DNA of 32,000 nt, taken from assembly GCF_000008665.1 (NCBI RefSeq), contig NC_000917.1, forward strand, positions 2,130,001 to 2,162,000, in the 5' to 3' direction. The translations under genes were made by a program, and so were the position numbers. The stretch comes from Archaeoglobus fulgidus DSM 4304 (lineage in GTDB: Archaea > Halobacteriota > Archaeoglobi > Archaeoglobales > Archaeoglobaceae). Below the pieces are notes generated by a model. That model did no database searches. It saw only the letters and a list, made by a program, of their open reading frames with translations, and was not told the origin of the DNA. Below, in pieces: positions 17,626 to 26,097 of this stretch; within the stretch, counting starts at the first letter, position 1; the number at the start of each line of letters is the position of its first letter.

Positions 17626-17844
17626 TCACTTCGGCTCTCTCCTCCCCGAAACGAAGTCCTTCGCGGCGACAACAATTGGACAGTAAGGAGGGCAGTTCTT
17701 GGAAACATGAATCCTGCAGAAAAGCCTTCTTGAACAGTCAACTACTCTATAGCTGAGAGTTTCGGGATACACTATCATTAGAGCTCTTGTCCTTTTTCCG
17801 GTGACGGCGAGCTTTACGGTTTTCGGTTCCATCGGCTGAAGCAT
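17626..17844 (-). CDS. Hypothetical small protein (72 aa)
   Basis: An ORF with an ATG start. A minus-strand TATA-like CCTATATTT lies about 20-27 nt upstream, compatible with a leaderless mRNA. No family was recognised. Confidence 0.35.
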   Translation of the reverse strand: MLQPMEPKTVKLAVTGKRTRALMIVYPETLSYRVVDCSRRLFCRIHVSKNCPPYCPIVVAAKDFVSGRREPK

Positions 17845-18065
17845 TGCAAAAAGTAAGTGGAGGCAAATATAGGCTTTTTTTACAAATCAGTGATTTAATC
17901 ATTGTAATTACGTCGGCCGTATTTCGTTTTTGCAAGAAAATCACATGCCAGCTTAATTATTAATTAAAACGCTTTTGCGAACTTTTTTATTAAGTAAACT
18001 TTGTTAGGTATGGTTATTTCTATTTCGCAATTACAGGCTCTACCAAAACCTTTTTAATTAGGTAT

Positions 18066-18077
18066 TGGTAATTACCA
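18066..18077. promoter_or_regulatory. 12-bp perfect palindrome TGGTAATTACCA; operator candidate for the adjacent wHTH gene
   Basis: It sits between a TATA-like TTTTAATTA (18052-18060) and the SD GAGGTGG (18097-18103) / GTG 18108. Confidence 0.3.
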
Positions 18078-18107
18078 TTACAATAATAATGTACGCGAGG
18101 TGGTCTC

Positions 18108-18398
18108 GTGATAGACGTCGATACACTCTTTGGAAGAAAGCCGGATGGGGAAAGCCAGAAAATTTTGAAAGTTATTTCCCGCAGTGGGATGAGTAACATC
18201 CTTTTCAGCCTTGAAAAGGCTCCCCTCCGGTTTTCTCAGCTGATGTTTGAGACGAAGCTGAATCCGGGAATTTTGGACAGGCACTTAAAGGCTCTGATGC
18301 AGCTGAACATTGTTGAGAAGAACAGCGATTCGTACGAGCTTACACCGAGCGGAAAGCGGCTCGTGAAAATTCTTGAGCAACTCTTTTCAATTGTGTAG
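18108..18398 (+). CDS. Small winged-helix DNA-binding protein (ArsR/HxlR-like)
   Basis: 96 aa, reading ILFSLEKAPLRFSQLMFETKLNPGILDRHLKALMQLNIVEKNSDSYELTPSGKRL. This is an HTH plus wing pattern. Confidence 0.7.
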   Translation: MIDVDTLFGRKPDGESQKILKVISRSGMSNILFSLEKAPLRFSQLMFETKLNPGILDRHLKALMQLNIVEKNSDSYELTPSGKRLVKILEQLFSIV

Positions 18399-18496
18399 TT
18401 GTGAGATGATAAATTATTATACTTTTTTTTAAAATTTAAGGTTTCTCCAATCCTTCTGCATCGATAAGTTTAAGTAGTGTGGGGAGAACAGAATCT

Positions 18497-18775
18497 ATGT
18501 CTGGCCAGTTTGGCAAAGAAGAACTCGTCCATTTGCATTTGCTTCTTTTCCACGTGAAAAAAACTTTTGAGTGCTACGGTATCGAGAACGAATACTTCAA
18601 CGAATACGACAGATTGAACATCTCCCCTGTGCAGATTTTCAGACAGAAAAACGAACATCAGGAGGCCATTTTCAAGCTCTGCATGGGGATAATGAAGGCC
18701 ATGGGAAAGGAAAGGGAAGCCGAGGAGCTCTGCAAGAGCTTGAAGAGGCTGGCAATGGTGAGAGCGACGTATTAA
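18497..18775 (+). CDS. Small conserved archaeal protein (UPF0058-like)
   Basis: MSGQFGKEELVHLHLLLFHVKKTFE...YFNEYDRLNISPVQIFRQKNEHQEAIFKL resembles the UPF0058 family as recalled from memory. ATG 18497 is preferred over the ORF-track start at 18479. Confidence 0.55.
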   Translation: MSGQFGKEELVHLHLLLFHVKKTFECYGIENEYFNEYDRLNISPVQIFRQKNEHQEAIFKLCMGIMKAMGKEREAEELCKSLKRLAMVRATY

Positions 18776-21078
18776 GGGAAATACCTGATTTCGATAACAT
18801 CGGTGTATTTCCTCCAGTCCGTCTTTCTTTTTACACCTTTTATTACTTTTTCAGCGATGTTGAGCGCTCCAATCCTGTTGAGGGGCTGGTTGTTGTTTCC
18901 GCACTGGTAGCTGTAGGTGCACTTGGGGCAGCCGTCAACTCTTCCGCAATCGCAGCTTTCCAGGATCGTTTTGGAAATCTCAAACGCCCTTCTCAGTCTT
19001 TTGAAGAGGAGCTTTGACAAACCGCTTCCCCCAACGCTCGCGTCGTAAACGAAGATATCCCCTTCAGGTACGGATATACCCCCCATCTCCCTGCTCCCCC
19101 CTCCCGTTATGGCGTCGGTCGTTTCTATTATAACGTGCTCCAGGGCGTGGAAGCTTCCTGCGTAGTAGTCCTCGTAGTCTGCCGGATCCGGGAAGGGGGC
19201 GGAGAATAGGAACCCCTTTGTTTTGAAGGTGTAGCTCACGGGCTCGTCGAGGTAGTGAAAAGCCTTCCTCTCTCTGTCGAAGACGTCTCGCTCAATGTAT
19301 CCGTGAACGAGGTAGTTAATTTCGATTGAGCAGTAAACGGCATTCACAGGCTCCTCAATTTCATCTTCAACTTCAATTATTCTCGGGATGGTCATGTAGA
19401 GCGGGTCTGTTATTTCGTTTCCGTAATCCAGCTCAACGACCTCAGCTCTCAGTCTTTTCAGGTCTAACTCAACGGTTCTGTACCTCACACCGTTGTGCAC
19501 CAAAATGCTTCCCGGAAACAGCTCCTTTACGGCTATCGGTAAAGCCCTCTCCCCTATGTACTTTCCATCGTGGTATATTTTAACCGCATCACCTATTCCG
19601 CGAAAACTGAAAGCTCTGCTCAGCTCTATTGCTTTTGCCGTTGGATGAAAAGCTCCCTCCCTCTCAACGACAATTCCCTGAGCCTGGAGTTTCTGCATGA
19701 TTTCTGCAGACTGTCTATCCAGCTCTTCAAGCCGTACGGGCTTCTCGATGCACATAGAGATGAGCTGGAACTTCATAACCTCCTCGTTGTGCCTCTCAAC
19801 GTAGCCGTTTGCCTCCTCCTTAAAATAGTCCTCAGGCTTTGTCCTGTAGTAGGTGCTTATGGAGTCGTCCTCCCTCAGAATCACTACCCCTACGCTTTCC
19901 TGTCCCTTTCTCCCCGCCCTTCCCACTCTCTGAATCATCTGCCCATACGGAACGAGCTCGGAAACGACAACATCAACATCTCCGATGTCCACTCCGAGCT
20001 CAAGAGTTGGGGTTGAGACAACGATGTTAATCTCTCCCCTCTTGAACTTCGCCTCAACCTCCTCCCTGACCTCCTTCGGCAGCCCGCTCTTGTGTATTGC
20101 CGATTTCAGCCCGTGTCGCCTCAGTATCAGGTTTATAGTCTCAACGCTCTTGTAGCTGTTTCCGAAAACGATAATCTTCCTGTTTCTCAAGGCCGTGACT
20201 ATCTCTCTGACCGCCGAGTAAAGGCTGGGTGTGTAGCGGAAAATGAGGTGGAGTGTCCCCTTCCTGTGCTCTCCAGACACCAGTACGAAGTCTCTGTCAA
20301 ATAGCTCCTCGGCAAATTCGGCGGCGTTTGAAAGTGTGGCCGAAGCGCAGGCTATCTGAAACTCCGCAAACCTGGATAGCCTTTTCACGAGGTAGTGCAT
20401 GTTGCTGCCCAAAACTCCCGTGTAGGTGTGGAGCTCGTCAACCGCGATGAAGCTGAGTTCTCTGCAGATTCTTCTGAAGGCCGGCGTGTTCCTGAGGTGG
20501 TAGTCAACCATATCCGGATTGGTCAGGATGATGTCGCACTTCCCGCTCAGCACAGCCCTTCTTTCCTCTCTGCCGGAATCTCCATCGAATCTCACCGCCC
20601 TCAGGCCGAGAGATGAGGTGTAGAACTTGATTTTTTCCTCCTGGTCTCTTGCGAGAGCTTTGGTGGGGTAAAAGACCATGGCCTTACCGCCGTGCAAAGC
20701 CCTCCAAAGCATTGGAACTGCAAAGGCCTCTGTCTTGCCGAATCCTGTTGGGGCTGTGATGACGACGTCTCTCCCCTCCATAAGCCGAATCATGGCCTCC
20801 TTCTGAAACGGATAAAGCCTACCAATACCCCTTTTTCTAAGGCAGCTGGCAAGCTCTGATGGAAGAAAATCGAGCTCTTCTGTTGGTTTTTCCCTGAAGG
20901 GTCTGAGAACCTTGTAGAGGACTATTTCGTCATCCGTGTCGAAAAGCGGTAAAAGGAACTCTTTGTAGCCAACCTTTTTCAGGAGCTCGAGGTTTCTCTG
21001 CCTTATACTCCGCTTCCTGCACTTGCACCTCCTTTTCAGCATCCCGCACTGAGGGCAGAACAACTCGTCCACTTTCAA
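18772..21078 (-). CDS. DEAD/DEAH-box superfamily-2 helicase with a C-terminal DUF1998 (MrfA/YprA-like Zn-binding) domain and an N-terminal Cys4 knuckle
   Basis: 768 aa with motifs TAPTGFGKTEAF, VDELH, SATL, VSTPTLELGVDIG and QRVGRAGRKG. The C-terminus reads CDCGRVDGCPKCTYSYQCGNNNQPLNR and the N-terminus reads CPQCG-x7-CKC. It has a TTG start, so the start is less certain. Confidence 0.9.
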   Translation of the reverse strand: MKVDELFCPQCGMLKRRCKCRKRSIRQRNLELLKKVGYKEFLLPLFDTDDEIVLYKVLRPFREKPTEELDFLPSELASCLRKRGIGRLYPFQKEAMIRLMEGRDVVITAPTGFGKTEAFAVPMLWRALHGGKAMVFYPTKALARDQEEKIKFYTSSLGLRAVRFDGDSGREERRAVLSGKCDIILTNPDMVDYHLRNTPAFRRICRELSFIAVDELHTYTGVLGSNMHYLVKRLSRFAEFQIACASATLSNAAEFAEELFDRDFVLVSGEHRKGTLHLIFRYTPSLYSAVREIVTALRNRKIIVFGNSYKSVETINLILRRHGLKSAIHKSGLPKEVREEVEAKFKRGEINIVVSTPTLELGVDIGDVDVVVSELVPYGQMIQRVGRAGRKGQESVGVVILREDDSISTYYRTKPEDYFKEEANGYVERHNEEVMKFQLISMCIEKPVRLEELDRQSAEIMQKLQAQGIVVEREGAFHPTAKAIELSRAFSFRGIGDAVKIYHDGKYIGERALPIAVKELFPGSILVHNGVRYRTVELDLKRLRAEVVELDYGNEITDPLYMTIPRIIEVEDEIEEPVNAVYCSIEINYLVHGYIERDVFDRERKAFHYLDEPVSYTFKTKGFLFSAPFPDPADYEDYYAGSFHALEHVIIETTDAITGGGSREMGGISVPEGDIFVYDASVGGSGLSKLLFKRLRRAFEISKTILESCDCGRVDGCPKCTYSYQCGNNNQPLNRIGALNIAEKVIKGVKRKTDWRKYTDVIEIRYFP

Positions 21079-21108
21079 AGTTCGGGGAGAAGTTAAAATT
21101 GGTTTTCC

Positions 21109-21720
21109 TCAGATGTGCAGAAGCTCTGCCGTGGCCTCAAGCATCGCGTCAATGCCCTCTCTGCCCCTCATTATCCTTCCATGCCCCGGGAGGATGTACT
21201 CAGCATCCAGTGACCTCAGCTTCTCAATTGACCTTGCAAGCTCCTTTTTATCGCTGCCGTAGATGTCAAATCTCCCCGGAACTCCGTTCTCGAAAATGAG
21301 GTCTCCTGTTATCGCAGCAGAGTGCTCGGGTAGATAGAAGGTCAAGCTTCCGGGAGAGTGACCGGGAGTTCTCAGAATTTCTATGCCGGTGTTTCCGATG
21401 ATGAAATGCTTACCGAGCTTTATGTCAAGGTTGAAGCGGTACTGGGAAACGGCCATGTCTTTAGAATCAAAACCGAGCAATGCCCCTCTCTCTGCAAAGA
21501 GGACGTTGCTCTCGCAATGGTCTCTGTGGAGATGAGTGTTGAAGACGTAGTTGGCCTCTCCAATTCCATCGTTCCTCATCAAACCCCTCAGATTCGTGTA
21601 GCTCTTGAAGGTGCCCGGGTCGATGACTGCAACTTCCTCATCCGCAATAACGTAGCAGTTTGACGAGTCTCTGAAGGCCCTTCCCCACGTGTAGGCGTAA
21701 ACCCCCTCAAACAGCTTCAC
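21109..21720 (-). CDS. Metallo-beta-lactamase-fold hydrolase
   Basis: 203 aa with the motifs HLHRDHC (HxHxDH), TPGHSPG and LPGHG. It lies 30 nt upstream of the helicase on the same strand. Confidence 0.85.
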   Translation of the reverse strand: MKLFEGVYAYTWGRAFRDSSNCYVIADEEVAVIDPGTFKSYTNLRGLMRNDGIGEANYVFNTHLHRDHCESNVLFAERGALLGFDSKDMAVSQYRFNLDIKLGKHFIIGNTGIEILRTPGHSPGSLTFYLPEHSAAITGDLIFENGVPGRFDIYGSDKKELARSIEKLRSLDAEYILPGHGRIMRGREGIDAMLEATAELLHI

Positions 21721-21768
21721 GAATTCACTAAGCGGTAAATATTAAAAGCCTTGCTGCCACTTGATAGC

Positions 21769-21945
21769 ATGGAGAGGAGGCACCTGAAATGCCCGCTCTG
21801 CAGTGGAGAAAAATTCAGGGCTGAAGAGGGAAAGCTGGACAGCAAGTGGGGATTTACGGCCCACAAGGTCCGCATAGCTATCTGCGAGAATTGCGGCTAC
21901 GTCATGATGTTCTACAAAGGCAGGACTATCTGGGACTTCGATTAG
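21769..21945 (+). CDS. Small zinc-ribbon protein
   Basis: The ORF reads MERRHLKCPLCSGEKFRAEEGKL...RIAICENCGYVMMFYKG, with two CxxC pairs. ATG 21769 is preferred over the TTG at 21751. Confidence 0.55.
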   Translation: MERRHLKCPLCSGEKFRAEEGKLDSKWGFTAHKVRIAICENCGYVMMFYKGRTIWDFD

Positions 21946-22394
21946 CGGACGAGAAGGTTGTTGAAGGTGTTCAGGAACATGTAAAGGCTTGCAACGAGGG
22001 CTATTTCCAGCAACTCGTCGTAATCGAAGATTTCAAGGATTTTTTGAATTTCTTCATCCTCCAACTTTCCCTTAGTTATTGCAATTTTTGCAGCAAAGCT
22101 CAGGGCAGCCTTTTCTCTCTCATTCAAAGGTTCAATGCTTTCTCCCATCATTTCCAGCTTTCTGCTGTGGCTGATGAGGCAGGGGTTGCAGTAATTAACC
22201 TTCGAAACTGCGAGGGCAATCTTTTCCTTCAGGATGGGATTTAGCTTTCCTTCAGCCATAATGCTGTCTCTGAATTCAATGAACCGTAAAAGAGTTTCAG
22301 GCCTTCGTGAGAGGATTTTGTAAGCCTCTGGGACCTCTCTTCCCCTGAACCTCTCCTCCAGCATTCTTTCAATGTCCATGGTGTGGCTTGGCAT
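21942..22394 (-). CDS. Carboxymuconolactone decarboxylase / AhpD-like family protein
   Basis: 150 aa. LKEKIALAVSKVNYCNPCLISHSRKL fits the CxxC..H AhpD-core motif. Confidence 0.8.
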   Translation of the reverse strand: MPSHTMDIERMLEERFRGREVPEAYKILSRRPETLLRFIEFRDSIMAEGKLNPILKEKIALAVSKVNYCNPCLISHSRKLEMMGESIEPLNEREKAALSFAAKIAITKGKLEDEEIQKILEIFDYDELLEIALVASLYMFLNTFNNLLVR

Positions 22395-22436
22395 GGCAGT
22401 TGAAAAGGTTTATGTTGATGCTGCAAGAAAAACGTC

Positions 22437-23141
22437 ATGGAATTTCATGAAATTGATAGGATGGCGAAAAAGCTCGGTGCTGATATCTTTGGAGTGGCGG
22501 ATTTGGACCTTCTCAGAGAGTATGAAACTTTTCCGGAAAACCTTCTGGATAGCTTCGACTTCGGCATCTCCATAGGTGTTAAGCTCCCAGACCCTCTCTT
22601 CGATATGCTGCCGGACTCAAGAAACCTCTACTCCCGCTACTACGTTGTTGCCAACGACATGCTCGACAGAATCGCCTTCGAAATCAGCAGGGCTATTGAG
22701 AGTGAGGGTTACGAGGCTCTGCCGATTCCCGCCTCCAAAGTTCTCAGCGACCTTCACTGGAGGAGCTACGTCTCCCACAAAGCCATTGCCAGAGCTGCAG
22801 GAGTGGGGTGGGTTGGGAGAAATCTGCTCCTAATAACGCCTCAGTTCGGCCCGAGAGTGAGATTAGCAAGCGTTCTAACGGACATGCCCCTGAAAGCTGG
22901 AAAGCCCGCGAGAAACAGATGCGGAGTTTGCAGGGAGTGCATCGATAGCTGCATAACTCAGGCTCTGCGCTACTCTGAGTTTGACGATTATCCCGAAAGG
23001 GATGAGGTTTTTGAGGTGGACAAGTGCGCTGCAAAGCTAAAGGAGTTTGCCAGCAATCCCGACATAGGGACAATGGTGTGTGGTATATGTATCAAGGTTT
23101 GCCCGTGGGGAAAATTGGGAAACAAAACAAAAGGCAATTAA
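22437..23141 (+). CDS. 4Fe-4S dicluster protein, QueG/reductive-dehalogenase-like
   Basis: 234 aa. N-terminal LGADIFGVADLDLL, plus Cys motifs CGVCRECIDSC and CGICIKVCPWG. Confidence 0.6.
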   Translation: MEFHEIDRMAKKLGADIFGVADLDLLREYETFPENLLDSFDFGISIGVKLPDPLFDMLPDSRNLYSRYYVVANDMLDRIAFEISRAIESEGYEALPIPASKVLSDLHWRSYVSHKAIARAAGVGWVGRNLLLITPQFGPRVRLASVLTDMPLKAGKPARNRCGVCRECIDSCITQALRYSEFDDYPERDEVFEVDKCAAKLKEFASNPDIGTMVCGICIKVCPWGKLGNKTKGN

Positions 23142-23163
23142 GGAACGGAGCTTAGTGAATGTT

Positions 23164-23646
23164 ATGAAACAGGAGATTGCGAAAATGGTCAGGGACTGGC
23201 TGGTTGAGGAGGGAATTTACAAGGACAAGGTTGCAGACGAGAATGCAGACTACCACTTTCTGGCTGAGATTCCCCCGAACTCAAGGCAGTTCATCGACGT
23301 TGTTTTCCCGAAGAACAGGGATGACATGGTCGTTGTCGCATCGGGGATAAGGCTTAGTGATGAGCACTACCGCTCCCTGATGAGCTTGAATGCCGAAAAA
23401 AGAAACGAACTGCTGTGGAAAATGCGCTTTGACCTGCTTTTCCTGCCCACAGGCTTTCAGATTCTGCCGAATGTTGACGATCCTCAGCTCTTCCAGTTCA
23501 CGAGGGAGCTTTACTTCGACGGGCTGAACAAGAACCTCTTCATGGATGCTATTAAGCAGGTTCACCGCTGCAAGCTTTACGTTATCTGGACGATGCAGAG
23601 AATTTCCGGAAAGCGTGATGAGCCCGACATGTCCATGTATCGTTAA
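23164..23646 (+). CDS. Conserved archaeal hypothetical protein (DUF2299/YbjN-like suspected)
   Basis: 160 aa from ATG 23164. The ORF-track start at 23080 would overlap the upstream gene by 62 nt. The family call is from memory of similar archaeal proteins only. Confidence 0.5.
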   Translation: MKQEIAKMVRDWLVEEGIYKDKVADENADYHFLAEIPPNSRQFIDVVFPKNRDDMVVVASGIRLSDEHYRSLMSLNAEKRNELLWKMRFDLLFLPTGFQILPNVDDPQLFQFTRELYFDGLNKNLFMDAIKQVHRCKLYVIWTMQRISGKRDEPDMSMYR

Positions 23647-23687
23647 TTTTTAAAAAAGTTCATATAGTATGAAATCCTCTCGCCAGT

Positions 23688-24779
23688 ATGGAGTTCGGGA
23701 CTGTTGCGCCAACCTTTCCGCCAATTGAGGAGGTGCCGAAAACAGCAAAGAGGATGGAGGAGAAGGGCTACGATGCTATATGGGTTGCTGACCACCTGAT
23801 GGGCTGGTATCCTCACGATTTGTGGAAGGAAACTATCTTTGCGATGCGCTATCCGTCATGCCACATGTTCTACGATGCTTTCTGCGAAATCTGCTACGCC
23901 GCTCCCGCAACAGAGAAGATAAAGTTCGGGACATCTGTCACTGAGGTTTTCAGGAGACATCCAGCGGTGCTGCTTCAGCAGGCCGTAACGGCCAACCACG
24001 CCACCAAGGGCAGGTTCATTCTCGGCCTTGGTGCGGGAGAGGCTGAGAACATCGTCCCCTACGGAATAGACTTCAGCAAGCCCGTTGCGAGGCTTGAGGA
24101 GGCCGTTGAGGTGATGAAGCTCATGCTGAACAGCGATTACGGGGAGCCTATAAACTACGAGGGCAAGTTCTACCGCCTTGAGGATGCGGTCTTCGACATC
24201 AAGCCAATCAGCGAAATACCCTTCTGGTTTGGGGCTCATGGCAACAGAATGCTGAAGCTAACAGCCAAGCACGGCGACGGATGGCTGCCAACCACGCTGC
24301 CCCCTGAGGTTTACAGGGAGAGGGCTGAGAAGCTCGACAGCTTTGCCAAAGAGTTTGGCAGGGAGCCGGAGGAGATAACAAAGGCCATCTTTGTTAGTCT
24401 GATTGTTGATGAAAAGCCGGAGGAGGTTGAAAAGCTTTTAAAATCCCCCATCCTGAAGGTTCACGCTTTGCTAATGCCCTCCGAGTTTTACGAGATGCTC
24501 GGCTACAAGCATCCCTTCGGCAAGTTTTACGGGCTGCTCGACTACATTCCCACCAAGTACACCAAGGAGCAGATAATGGAGGCCATAAAGCAGGTTCCGG
24601 ATGAGATAATGAGAATAGCCTACATCGCTGGAACGCCAGAGGAAATAGTCCAGCAGTTCGAGCAGTACGAGAAGCTGGGAGTTAGCCACATCGTGATATG
24701 GAATCTGACATACTTTGGCGATGTAAGCAAGATAAAGACATCCTACGCTCTGATAGACGAAATCATGAGTCACTTTTAG
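23688..24779 (+). CDS. Luciferase-like (LLM class) F420-dependent oxidoreductase, Mer-like
   Basis: 363 aa, containing AKRMEEKGYDAIWVADHLMGW and ...GRFILGLGAGE. This is the TIM-barrel LLM pattern. Confidence 0.8.
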   Translation: MEFGTVAPTFPPIEEVPKTAKRMEEKGYDAIWVADHLMGWYPHDLWKETIFAMRYPSCHMFYDAFCEICYAAPATEKIKFGTSVTEVFRRHPAVLLQQAVTANHATKGRFILGLGAGEAENIVPYGIDFSKPVARLEEAVEVMKLMLNSDYGEPINYEGKFYRLEDAVFDIKPISEIPFWFGAHGNRMLKLTAKHGDGWLPTTLPPEVYRERAEKLDSFAKEFGREPEEITKAIFVSLIVDEKPEEVEKLLKSPILKVHALLMPSEFYEMLGYKHPFGKFYGLLDYIPTKYTKEQIMEAIKQVPDEIMRIAYIAGTPEEIVQQFEQYEKLGVSHIVIWNLTYFGDVSKIKTSYALIDEIMSHF

Positions 24780-24818
24780 CGGGCAAAGTTTTTTTGCCTT
24801 TGCGCCTTTTTTTAAACT

Positions 24819-26096
24819 ATGACTTTAATCGAAGATGCAAGGAAGGGAGTTGTGACGGATTTCGTTAAAAAGGCAGCAGAATATGAAGGAATTGAAGCTG
24901 AAAAGCTGATCAGGCTCATCTCTCACGGTTACGTAGTCCTGCCAAAAAATGTGAGGAGGGAAGAAGTCCAGCCGAGGGCAATAGGGATGCTCACCTCCAC
25001 AAAGGTTAACGCCAATGTCGGAACCTCTGCCGACTACATAAACGTTGAGGAGGAAGTTGAGAAGGCCATCATCGCGCAGAAAGCGGGGGCAGACGCTGTT
25101 ATGGACTTATCGTCAGGCGGGGATCTGGATGCGATTAGGAAGAGGATAATGGAGGTCGTTGAGGTTCCCTTCGGCACTGTGCCCATTTATCAGGCAGCAA
25201 GAGACTGCCACAGAGTTGTGGACATGGACGAGGACGACTTTTTCAGGGTTGTGGAGAAGCATGCCAAGGATGGTGTTGATTTTATGACAATTCATGCTGG
25301 CGTGAACTGGGTGAGCGTTGAGAGGCTGAGAAGGTCAAAAAGGCTTCTGGGAGTTGTCAGCAGGGGAGGGGCGATAACCATCGGCTGGATGCTGCACAAC
25401 GAGAAGGAAAATCCCTACTACAAGGATTTCGACTACCTTCTTGAAATTCTCAAGGAGTACGATGTGACAATCAGCCTTGGTGATGCTTACCGCCCCGGAT
25501 GCATCCACGATGCTGGTGATAGAGCAAAATACACGGAGTTCATAATGCTCGGAGAGCTGGTGGAGAAGTGCAGAGAAAAAGGGGTGCAGTGCATGGTTGA
25601 GGGCCCCGGCCACGTCCCGCTTGACCAGATTGAAACATCAGTAAGAGCTATGAAGAGCGTCACGGACAACGCTCCTCTGTATTTGCTCGGTCCACTCGTC
25701 ACCGACATCGCCGCAGGCTACGACCACATTGCAGCAGCAATAGGTGCGGCAATTGCAGGCATGGCAGGGGCGGACTTCATCTGCTATGTAACTCCCTCAG
25801 AGCACCTCGCTTTGCCTACAGTTGAGGATGTCAGAGAGGGAGTTATCGCGGCAAAGATTGCTGCTCACGCCATTGATTTAATAAAAGAGGGACAGAGGGA
25901 GAGGGCAAGGCAGAGGGACTACGAGATGTCCCTCGCCAGAAAGAATCTGGACTGGGAGAGGCAGTTTGAGCTCTCCATTGATCCAGAGAAAGCGAGGGAG
26001 ATTTACAGCAGAAGGAAGTCGGAGAGCGAGGCCTGCAGCATGTGCGGTGACCTGTGTGCGATAAAGCTTGTGAAGGAGGCCTTCGAAAGGGACTAA
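24819..26096 (+). CDS. thiC: Phosphomethylpyrimidine synthase ThiC
   Basis: 425 aa, containing [25 protein letters not shown], and the C-terminal [11 protein letters not shown] cluster motif. Confidence 0.95.
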   Translation: MTLIEDARKGVVTDFVKKAAEYEGIEAEKLIRLISHGYVVLPKNVRREEVQPRAIGMLTSTKVNANVGTSADYINVEEEVEKAIIAQKAGADAVMDLSSGGDLDAIRKRIMEVVEVPFGTVPIYQAARDCHRVVDMDEDDFFRVVEKHAKDGVDFMTIHAGVNWVSVERLRRSKRLLGVVSRGGAITIGWMLHNEKENPYYKDFDYLLEILKEYDVTISLGDAYRPGCIHDAGDRAKYTEFIMLGELVEKCREKGVQCMVEGPGHVPLDQIETSVRAMKSVTDNAPLYLLGPLVTDIAAGYDHIAAAIGAAIAGMAGADFICYVTPSEHLALPTVEDVREGVIAAKIAAHAIDLIKEGQRERARQRDYEMSLARKNLDWERQFELSIDPEKAREIYSRRKSESEACSMCGDLCAIKLVKEAFERD

Positions 26097-26097
26097 T

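Noticed and set aside
24780-24818. A possible TPP riboswitch upstream of thiC
   Set aside because: Only 39 nt separate the LLM gene stop from the thiC ATG. The region holds a 6-bp hairpin and T-runs (terminator- or promoter-like). There is no room for, and no resemblance to, a THI-box fold.
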